Position numbers and translations under genes: made by a program. The notes under the pieces are model-generated. The model saw nothing but the letters and a program-made list of their open reading frames with translations, made no database searches and had not been told where the DNA came from. 64,000 nt of DNA from Octopus bimaculoides (taxonomy: Eukaryota), in NCBI RefSeq assembly GCF_001194135.2, contig NC_068984.1, forward strand, positions 128,141,518 through 128,205,517, given 5' to 3'. The first letter of the stretch is position 1. Every line of letters begins with the position of its first letter. Of the stretch, positions 48,880-59,385 are shown piece after piece.

Positions 48880-49435
48880 GAACACCAAGTCAGAATTGGA
48901 TGATAGGTATCAAAATCTGTCCTCTAACTAGTCACATCTTAACATAGACAACAGAGGAAACTAAAATTGCACTGAGAGCTAAGCTAACATTGCTTTGACA
49001 TTTCTACATGTGAGGATGTTTCTAGTGGACTTACTTATCTTGATACAGGTTTTCTCATCTCCTTAACCAACTAAATTTGATTTTATTTAATTTTAGAGGT
49101 GTAATAGTCAATTCTTGGTATGAAAGCTTCATATAATCTTCCTACTTTTTCTAGAACAACTGGTCAGAGTTATGTAGTAGGTTTCTAAATTCATCCTCTA
49201 AATAGCCACATTTTAACATAAATAACAGAGGACACATTATTACAATTGCATTGAGAGATAAGCGAACATTACTTTGACACTTTTACATCTAAGGATGTTA
49301 TTTCTAGTGGACTTATTTATTTTGACACAGGTTTTCTCATCTGCTTAACCAAATAAATTTGATTTTATTTAATTTTAGAGATGTGTTAGTTACTTCTTGG
49401 AATGAAAACCTAATAACATTTTCCTGGTTTTTCTT
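48880..49435. repeat. Direct tandem duplication, period about 274 bp, diverged
   Basis: CCTCTA..AACAGAGG..TTTCTAGTGGACTTA..CAGGTTTTCTCATCT..TTTATTTAATTTTAGAG occurs at both 48921 and 49195. Confidence 0.8.
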
Positions 49436-50011
49436 TATTGTATAGATATCTCTAATGAGCATCAGTTTATACTACTGAATCATTTATTATTTGCTGCTTT
49501 GTAATTGTTGCTGGCATCTAACAACCGATTAAAACTTTGTTTAAGGCAGCAATAGTTATACAATAAATGTTAAGCTGATTAGTAACAATAGTTGCTTTAC
49601 ATTCCAAAACTCAAGCACATACTATCAGATTGCAAAGTCATTAAAGTATTAGACGACAAGCCTTGTGCTATTGGTCCTGACTCTACCCATTTCATGTTTA
49701 AACTCTTTAGAGTCAACTTCATTTTACATCTCTCCAAGATTAATAAAATAAAGTACCAGGCAAGTACTGGGATCAATGTAATTGACTACTTCCCTTTCCA
49801 TAAATGTTGGGCCTGTGTTAGAAATTATTAGCAAAGTGGATTGGCAGAACATTTAAAGAAAACTATGATATAAACTATAAGGCTCGAAGAGATTATAATA
49901 AACTCTCTCTCTCTCTCNNNNNNNNNNNNNNNNNNNNNNNNNNNNNNNNNNNNNNNNNNNNNNNNNNNNNNNNNNNNNNNNNNNNNNNNNNNNNNNNNNN
50001 NNNNNNNNNNN

Positions 50012-50074
<63 letters not shown>

Positions 50075-50427
50075 CGCAGTCTGTTTCTGCAGGTGTTTAG
50101 AACAAGTTGTTTCATCAACTAGTATCAAAGGACCATGAGAAATTTTCTTTGTTCTCTACACAATTGTCAGGTCTGTGTTGTACTCAGAACCAGTCAGTGC
50201 AGTTGTGTGGCATCAAAACAATTTTGTAGGGAAAAAAAATAAAAGAAGACGCCCTTGCCAGCTGTTTTCATGAGCTACATGTTGCTTTATTACAGTTGTA
50301 AATACTCACCAATCAGGTTTGCATCTAGTAGAATAAATCTTTCAGTCTTTGTATGAAAGACTCTTCTAACTTATAGAGTTGTATGGAACTCCATAAATAT
50401 GTCTAATTTCTGTAGAAATGTTTATTA

Positions 50428-50742
50428 AGGCGCATAGCTCAGTGGTTAGAGCGTCAAGCTTACGATCGTGGGGTTGTGAGTTCGAATCCTGGACTGGGCT
50501 GCATACTGTGTTCTTGAGCAAGACACTTTATTTCACGTTGCTCCAGTTCACTCAGCTGTAGAAATGAGTTGCGACGTCACAAGTGCCAAGCTGTATCGGC
50601 CTTTGCCTTTCCCTTGGCTAACACTGGTGGCGTGGAGAGGGGAGGCCAGTATGCATGGGTGACTGCTGGTCTTCCATAAACAACCTTACCCGGACTTCTA
50701 GGTGCAAACCCATGGTCAGTCATGACCGAAGGGGGTCCTTAG
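50428..50742 (+). mobile_element. tRNA-derived SINE with a CORE/Nin/Deu-like central domain
   Basis: Head GGCGCATAGCTCAGTGGTTAGAGC..GAGTTCGAATCC followed by TGTGTTCTTGAGCAAGACACTT. Confidence 0.75.
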
Positions 50743-52466
50743 GTTATTACGGTAAACCACTTGGGATCTACATAAACCTCGCATGAACATTAGGCTTACA
50801 GAAAACTGTACTTCCTTTTAGAATATTTTCTATTTGGTTTCAATTCTTGGTTAATATGGCTTTATCTTTTTATTTTTTGAGGACGGTATGAATGCTATAA
50901 CTTTTGTTACTCCCCGCGTTAAACCAGAAGTTTTTAAAGTGAGTGGTACCACTCCCAAATGGGTGCTGGGTATGTCAAAGGGGAGTGAGGTAACATAATT
51001 AACACACTAAATTCTACTTGTAGTATTTATTATGTTATGCATGTTAAAACTAGTTATGGTTATTAAAATAAAATGACATCTCATTAGGCACAGAAGTCAT
51101 TAACTCGAAATGTATAAAGTATGTCTGAATTATTTTTTATCATTTCACTGTTAAAAGCTTATACAATCCATTTTTAAAGTAAAATTTATAACTTATCATT
51201 CATGTTAAGTAAGTTTAGTCATGATATCTCACTGACTACAAAAGAAAAATGGTTAAGAACAACTGAGTGAAACCATTGTTAAATTGTGTGACGATAGATC
51301 TTTATTGTCTGATGAGGAGCTTTCAGTTGTTCCAGTGACTGAATTACCTGCTCCTGAATTAATATCTAAGCAACTGAGCATTTTACAGACATATGAACCC
51401 TGATCATAATTCTCAGCTAAAATCAGCACAACACAGGGGATGAGGGGATGACAAGATTGTAACTTTTGAATTACAGGTATAATCCACCAGCTGGGCTTCT
51501 GTACAGTTTCTTTCTACACTAATTTCATGCACACAATATGATTCAGCCCAATGCTATAGAAAATGACATGTGTCCAAGATTCCACACAGCAAGACTGAAC
51601 CCAAGACCTTGTGGATTCTTTAGCCATTCAGCCGTACCACACCTATGTTAAACTGTGTAGTGGGACTGTGAGGCAAAATAAGAAAGTACCAGACTAAGAG
51701 ACCTTGCAGGTTTTTTTTTTCTTTTAATGTTCGAATTACTCAAACATTGATTTTGTTTATCATCTTTTTATGGTTGATAAAGATCCTTAACTTGAACCAT
51801 TTAGCATTCAAACCAACACCAGTTGTCAAGCAGTTGAAGCACAAAGTCACACACACACACACACATATATATAATTATGTGTGTGTGTGTATGATAAATT
51901 CCAAATTCACTCGCAATGCATTGGTTTGCCCTAGACTATATTTGAAGAGACTTGTTCGAGGTGTCATGCAGTGTGACTCAACCCAATACCACATGGTTGC
52001 AAAATAATCTTCTTAACCACACAGCCATCAATATGAAAATGTTTGATCACCATATATTTAAGAATATTACATTCTGTTACTCCTGTTCCTCTACTAGATG
52101 GCAGCAGTGTACTGACAACAAAATGTCACAAATTATAGCCACCATTTTACCATCTTATTTGAAATCTTTCAGGTTAGTTAATATTTTGTTTTCTCAGTCT
52201 TCTTTTCTACTCTTAATTAGTCAAATTTGGGTTATCGTTCCTCTTGAAATAATATCATTGTCATCTCCATATTCCTGAAGGTCATTGCCACTCTTTGTTA
52301 AATACTTTGATTAAATTACCTAAATCATTGAATGCTTACAGAATAGAATTGGTTTAGTATTATCAATGTCTAAATCTCTGAGATGAAATATCTTGATAAT
52401 TAACTTCATTTGTGTTTTCTTTTATGCAATATTTCATTGATTTTTCCCTGTTGTCATTATCAGGGC

Positions 52467-52849
52467 TGTGGAGGCGCAATGGCCCAGTAGTTAGGGCAGT
52501 GGTCTCGCGGTCATAGGATCGCGGTTTCGATTCCCAGACCGGGCGTTGTGAGTGTTTATTGAGCGAAAACACCTAAAGCTCCACGAGGCTCCGGCAGGGG
52601 ATGGTGGCAAACCCTGCTGTACTCTTTCACCACGACTTTCTCTCACTCTTACTTCCTGTTTCTCCTGTGCCTGTAATTCAAAGGGTCAGCCTTGTCATAC
52701 TGTGTCACGCTGAATATCCCCAAGAACTACGCTAAGGGTACACGTGTCTGTGGAGTGCTCAGTCACTTGCATGTTAATTTCATGAGCAGGCTGTTCTGTT
52801 GATCGGATCAACTTGAGCCCTCGACGTCGTAAGCGACGGAGTGCCAACA
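52467..52849 (+). mobile_element. tRNA-derived SINE with 13-bp TSD
   Basis: TSD CATTATCAGGGCT at 52455-52467 and 52850-52862. Confidence 0.9.
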
Positions 52850-54139
52850 CATTATCAGGGCTCTTGTTCCTGAATGTCTACATCCCCTCAGGTTAGATTT
52901 TGAACCTTTGTCTCTAAATGTTAATTCCCTTCGTTTAGAAATAAAGATTCAGTTCAAATCCTGCCTGGGACATTGTATACATTGACTAATTTCCCTAATG
53001 AGAATCAGTAATCAATGAAAACATGAAATATAAAGTTAAATATTTGAGAAAACTAATTAGATTTCTGAAATATAAATCCAAATCTTTCTGCAAAGGCTTG
53101 AACTGCAAGATCCCAGTGTTGAAGCTTATAATATCTTGATAGAATATGGAAGAAACTTCAAAATTTTAATGTCCTGAATTTAAAGATCAACTGTGTTTTA
53201 TTAAAAAAAAAATTGTTAATATTGTTAAAATTGTTAATACTTTTTGTTTTTGTAATTGGTTTGCAAGATTTTTGAGGTGTCTTGAAACATATTTTGTTGC
53301 GTCTCAGGAGGGTCATTATGCCAATAATAAACACATGCACTGGTTTTATTTCACTTCTTTTAATTATTATTAGTAGTAGTTAATTGGTTAACTATGTAAC
53401 CAATTAACTAGTTGATTATTTGATTAATCATTCAACTAATCAATCAATCTGCTAGGTTTGTTAAAGTTCTTTCCTTGCCATTTGTGACCTCATCAATAAA
53501 TCCTGGAAAATTACTTGTATAAATTATGGTTTAAAAATTACTGCTATTTCTAGTGATGACGATATTGATAATTATATGAAATTTGTTAGTATTTAAGAAA
53601 ATCTAGTCTTGAAATGCCCATTCATTACTTATCAGAATTACTATATACAGTCTCTGACTTGTATCACAATCCATCCTATAATCAGCTTCATCACTGACTA
53701 TTCAGTTTATCATTCAACAAAGTTGTTCATAGTTTCTTTCCCTTTACTAAATCCAATTTATTCTGAGTACCTCAAGCAAAAATATTCTCCCAAGAACGAT
53801 CTAGGTACAGAAACTGTCACTGTTGCTCACCGAACTTCTTCCTTTTCAACCGATACATTCCAACACAATTATAATGTCTGATGTCTTATAGTCAATGTTC
53901 TGTGTTCGCTTCATTCAATGACATTTTTTTGATCTGTGATATTTATTTTGAAGATTGCAATAAATCTCCTGGTCTTTTCATTAAACACAGTCAGCTTTTG
54001 TCTTTATTTATCTTTCTTTTGTTTGATTTTCTTTTTAATTGTTTCAGTCATTGGGCTGCAGCCTTGCTTAGGGCACCATTTTGAAGGGTTTACAAGGGTA
54101 GGATATCAAGTGGATTGGCCCAGTATACTCACCCTGCTC

Positions 54140-54600
54140 TAGCAGCATCATCTGTGCTGGCTCAGTCATGTACATCGCATGCCAAACGGGAAGCTTCTAA
54201 AAGACCTCCTGTATGGAGAATTGGCCACCAGCACAAGAGCATGAGGACAACCTCATCTTCATTTCAAGGACGTCTGTAAGGGAGATATGAAGTCGCTTGA
54301 TCTGGATGTCCTGAGACGGGAGGAGGTCGCAAATGATTACTCACGCTAGAGACAAATATTGCGAAAGGAGATGAAATGAGGGGAAGAAAAAACAGGAACT
54401 CGCCACCAAAGAAAAGTGCACTCGACAGAAGGAAAAACTAGTAGCGCTGGCAGAGATCTCCTTCAGATGCAGTTGCTGCATGTGTGACTGTCACTCCCAT
54501 GTGGGCTTCTACAACCACAGCAGATGCTGTACCACCATCAGCAGCTGACATGATTTTTTCAGGTGCAGGTCAATGGTCTCTCAAGATCAACAGTTGCCTA
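54140..54600 (+). mobile_element. RTE/BovB-like LINE 3' end relic
   Basis: Reads QHHLCWLSHVHRMPNGKLLKDLLYGELA..FKDVCKGDMK, matching the RLRWLGHVHRM..DLLYGEL..FKDVCKRDMK type motif. Confidence 0.8.
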
Positions 54601-54604
54601 TTAC

Positions 54605-55654
54605 TACAAGGGTAAGCTGATTATGAAGGAATGATGCTAGAACTGTGAAATTTTGCATGCATTAATTTAAACTCTTCATACTGACATGATTGCTACATTA
54701 AGAGATGATGCTCTAGCTTTATCAACAGTGCAAACGTGGGCAGCTGAATTTAGGAGGGGAGAGTCTTGAGGATGACCCAAGGTCTGAATGTCCTGCAACT
54801 GCCACCACTGATGAAAAAAACATTATGTTCACCACATGGTGATGGATGACAGGTGATTGGCTGTAAATCAAATAACCAATGCTATTAGCGTCTCCCTTGA
54901 GCAAGTTGAGAATATTTTGCACAATGAACTTGGCATGATGATGGTTACTGCTTGGCAGACAAGATGTTTTCTGATACATAATCAAAAGCACACCAAGGTG
55001 ATCACATCACAATAAAATCTGAGACTGTTTGAGGTGGTTTCCTTAGACAATCCATACAGTGGAAACACCTCTATATACCTACTCGAAAGAAGGCCAAGCT
55101 TGTTTCATCTGTGGGTGATGGGCTCAGTTTTTTGGAATGCAAAAGACTTTGTATTTAATGGCTATCTTCAAAAGGGCCATATCATTAATGGAGAGTAGAA
55201 TACAAACTTGCTGAAGCAGTTATGAAAGGCTATCAAGACCAAACAGCCAGGAAAACTGATAAAGGGGGTCTTGTTTCATCAGGACAATGCTTTAGCACAC
55301 AAGTCCTTTGTTTCAATGGCTGCTGTGCATGACTGTGGCTTTGAACTGGTTGATCACCCTCCTTAATCTCTTGATTTGGCCCCATCTAACTATCATCTGT
55401 TCCCCAACATGGAAGAATACTTGACTGGGAACGAGAATTGCAGTGATGATTATGTCATATCTGCTGTTGATGGCATTTTTGAGCAATAAGATGAAAGTTT
55501 CTTTACAAATGAATTCCAAGCACTGCAACACCAATGGAAGAAGTGTGTGGACCACAAGGGTGGTGGGGGAGCTGTGTTGAAAAATAAAGTTTATTTGGCC
55601 ACATTCTATGAAAGTATCTTGGTTAGCCTATGAACTTTTCAGCATACCCTCATA
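54605..55654 (+). mobile_element. Mariner element, internally deleted relic with both termini
   Basis: Termini TACAAGGGTAAGCTGA and TTTTCAGCATACCCTCATA, and transposase remnants LFHQDNA..HKS..ELVDHPP*SLDLAPSNYHLFP. Confidence 0.85.
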
Positions 55655-57255
55655 GTCAAACAAACTGATTCCAGTACTTATTTTTTAAGCTTGGTACTTA
55701 TTCTTTCAGTCTCTTTTGCTGAACTGCTGAGTTACAGGATGTAAACAAATCAACACAGGTTGTCAAAGACGGTACAAACACACACATATTATACTATGGA
55801 CTTCTTTCAGTTTTCATCGACAAAGTTCGCTCACAAAATTTTGTTTGGCCCAGGTTTATAGTAGAAGACACTTGCCCAGAGGGTCATGCACCAGGACTGA
55901 ACCTAAAATCACATGGCTGGGAAGCAAGCATCTTAACCACACAGTCACTATATCTCTTAATTTGTCTTCTTTTCATTTTCCTTCATGCAATCAATCCAAA
56001 AATGGAAACTATATATCTGCTAGAAATAGTAACAAGATTGCTTTAAATAATGGATACACAGGTCTAGGTACACAGGATGGCCATGGTGGATATCACTTTG
56101 AGTAAAAGTCTGTTGTATCAGAGTTGAAGTGTGGCTAAACAACAAGTTCAATGCCCTATCAGAACTTGATCTTAGCTAGATAAAAATTTCTGTTTCTCCA
56201 ACAATAGTTTTTCATGTCAAAATCAACTTTAAAAAATTGGTCAGTTTTATTTTTATTTTTGCTCACCACAGCATGACGGTCATTGAAAAAAAAAAAGAAG
56301 CTAAATTTATATCAAATTCCAGATTTTCAGTTAGTTTCACCAAATAATGTTTCAATGACTAATTACACAGCCTCATTAGTGTGTTGAATATAATACCTCA
56401 GGAAGCAGCAAGCTGGTCGAAACGTTAGCACACTGGGTGAAATGCTTTGTGGTATTTCGTCTGTCTTTATGTTCTGAGTTCAAATTCCATCGAGGTTGAC
56501 TTTGCCTTTCATCCTTTCAGGGTCGGTAAATTAAGTACCAGTTGTATACTGGGATCGATCTCATCAACTGGCACCCACCCCCAAAATTTTGGGCCTTGTG
56601 CCTAGAGTAGAAAAGAATATAATAGCTTGTCGTATTTGTGCCAATCCTCTGTGTTCAGAGGTCAAATCCTACCACAGTCAACTTTAGCTTTCAATCTTTC
56701 AGGGTTGATAAAATATAGTACCAGCCATTTACTGGGATCAATGTAATCAACTGACACTCTCCCCTTCAAATATACTGATGCTGGGCAGTGAATTGGTGGA
56801 AATGTTAAAATGTTAGACAAGGTACCTTATAAAATCTGTAGCAACTCTCTGCATCTTGATGGCAACCCCTGTGACAATACTGGTGTCAAGTTGTAACGGC
56901 CTTTAACAAAAGCCTTCTCATCTCATGAAGAAGAGAGATTTGCACACATGTACAACTGCTAGTACTTTACAAAATACTTTACCCAGGCTTACAAACATGT
57001 GCATGCGCACGCACACACACACAGATACAGGCATAGTTGCAATGTCGGAAGTGCCTTCATCTACAGCCCTGGACCTTGATGGACAGAAACTGACAGGAGC
57101 TTGTGTATGTATGTGCATGTGTTACATATTTGTAAGAGAGTGTCACTGCCATTGAAAAGTGGACATTAAATGATTATATATATATATGTATATATGTGTA
57201 TATTAAAAATGGGAAAAACTGGTTTATGAGATTACCTTAGGTTTCCTGTCCATAA

Positions 57256-57299
57256 TTGGGATCTGATGAGATGCTTTATGGCATCTCATCAGATCCCAA
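57256..57299. repeat. Perfect 19-bp hairpin containing CTGATGA
   Basis: Reads TTGGGATCTGATGAGATGC-TTTATG-GCATCTCATCAGATCCCAA. Confidence 0.95.
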
Positions 57300-57490
57300 A
57301 AACATGCTTTCTACAAACGATATAGATATAGATATATACAAAATATGGGTGTTTAGTTCACAGGCGATCTAAACAGCTAGGTACGCTAGATAAGTGCTGT
57401 AAAGGATTACTGGGGCTCCAAAGTTACAGCCAAGACGGTAGTTATGGAGCTATTCTAGATTTCCGACATAATGGATATATAATTGCTAAG

Positions 57491-58045
57491 GCAAGGCAAA
57501 CATCTCACATCATACATTATTATTATTGGAAAAAATTCAAAATCTTACAGCTGTTTCTGGGATATCCCAGAGTGTGGGATATTCCTTCATTGGAAACAAA
57601 TAAGGAAAATGAGGAGGGTATAGATTTAAGAAATTATGACATAGAGGACAGGAAGAAAGGAATAAGGAGATTAAGAAAGAGAAGAAAAAGAAGCATAAAA
57701 GTTCACAGTTACTTCTGCTACCATTCTGTTATTGAACGTTGATATGTTCACGTCTATTTCTGGATGTTTACACTATCAACACTTTAACCTACATGGATTT
57801 ACAAGGATTACACCTAAGGACTTACGGAAAGCTGAACTGTGAACTTTTATGCTTCTTTTTCTTCTCTTTCTTCATCTCCTTATTTCTTTTCTCCTGTCCT
57901 TTATGTCATCATTTCATTAATCTATACCCTTCTCATTTTCCCTATTTGTCTCCGATGACAAGATATCCCATATTCTGGGATATTCCAGCAACAGCTGTAA
58001 GACTTTGAATTTTTTCCAATATATGACTTGAGATGTTTGCCTTGC
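57491..58045. repeat. Inverted repeat (arms 57491-57710 and 57835-58045, loop about 124 nt) of Penelope-like type with hammerhead relics in both arms
   Basis: The arms align as reverse complements over about 215 bp. The motifs lie at 57542-57597 (-) and 57948-58003 (+). Confidence 0.85.
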
Positions 58046-59169
58046 TGTTTGTTGTCCTCTTTAACAATTATATATATGAAAATTATGAGTTGCCCAGGAT
58101 GTGCCACCCTCATAAGTGTGCCATAGGTCTCCCCATATGTGCCGCAAAGGATGTGCCACCCTCGTAAGTGTGCTATCATTCTCTTTTGATTATCTGCTCA
58201 GTCATGGGGATGTAAACTAACCAACACCTGTTGTCAAGTGGTGAGGGGACAAACACAATCACAAAGATACACACACACACATGGTGGGCTTCCACACAGT
58301 TTCCCTCTACCAAAATCTCTCACAAGGTACTAGTTGGCCAAGGGACGTAGTTGAAGACACTTGGCCAAGGTACTGTACAGTGAGATTGAACCTGAAACCA
58401 TGTGGTCCCAAAGTGTGCTTCCTAACCACACAGACAATAAATACATTTAATACAGAAATAGTAACATAGAGTAAACATCACACAGAACTCACATTAAATA
58501 AATGTAGTTTTATTATCAAAATCTTACAACATGAGTAAATACCATCAAAACTTTCTAGATAAGTAAAAATCTAGTTTTACAAATTTATTTTATTTCTGTT
58601 AAACTAAACCCTGTTGTTGTTGTTGTGCAATATTTTCCCCTCTTTAATCTTATGCAGGTAACCAGATAATATATCAAGAATCACAGGTAAACATGACAAA
58701 CAGCAATTTACAACAGCAATAATTAAAAAGAACATTGTTTCTCTGAATAAGACGGTTATGTGTCAAGTGTTTTTCATAAAGCCAGGATTCTGAATATTTG
58801 AAGTGTTACTAAGAAAATAAGGCTATAACAGAATAATAATGATTTCTAATTTAAGCACAAAACCAGCAGTTTTGAAGAGGAGAATGTCGGTTGATTACAT
58901 TGATTCCAGTAAGTGAATGATATATTTTATCAACTACGAAAGGATGAAAAGACAAAGCTGACTTTGGGAGGAGACTAGTCGATTACATCGACCCCAGTGT
59001 TTCAGTGGTACTTAATCTAACAATCCCAAGAGGATGAAAGGCAAAGCTAACCTTGGCGGAATTTGAACTCAGAATGTAGCAACGGGCGAAATACTGCTAA
59101 GTATTTTGACTAGTGTGCTAATGATTCTATCAGCTCACCACCTTAATAATAATAATAATAATAATAATG

Positions 59170-59385
59170 TGGTATAAAAAGTGAATTCCAGGATCTTGAA
59201 GGACTTCCCCACAAAGACTAACCTTACTACTGAAGCAAGAAGACTAGATATGATTATAGAAGACAAAATAAACAAACAGTATAAGATCATAGATTTTGCA
59301 ATTCCCAGTGATAACAGAGTCAATATCAAAGAAGATGAATAAAATTGAGAAATATCAGGATCTTGCCAGAGAACCGAAATAATAA
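59170..59385 (+). mobile_element. R4/Dong-like non-LTR retrotransposon restriction-like endonuclease fragment
   Basis: Reads ILKDFPTKT..EARRLDMII..KIIDFAIPSDNRV..KE, then after a frameshift IEKYQDLARE (decayed WDF / RRPD / IID.A.P / KY.DL motifs). It abuts (AAT)n at 59143-59168. Confidence 0.7.

Noticed and set aside
50428-50500. tRNA-like sequence with A and B boxes
   Set aside because: It has no closing acceptor stem and continues into a SINE body. The heads at 33485 and 52467 are likewise SINE heads with TSDs.
51300-51370. CTGATGA followed by a GGAGC..GCTCC stem
   Set aside because: There is no GAAA and no stem I partner, so it is too degenerate to call a hammerhead.
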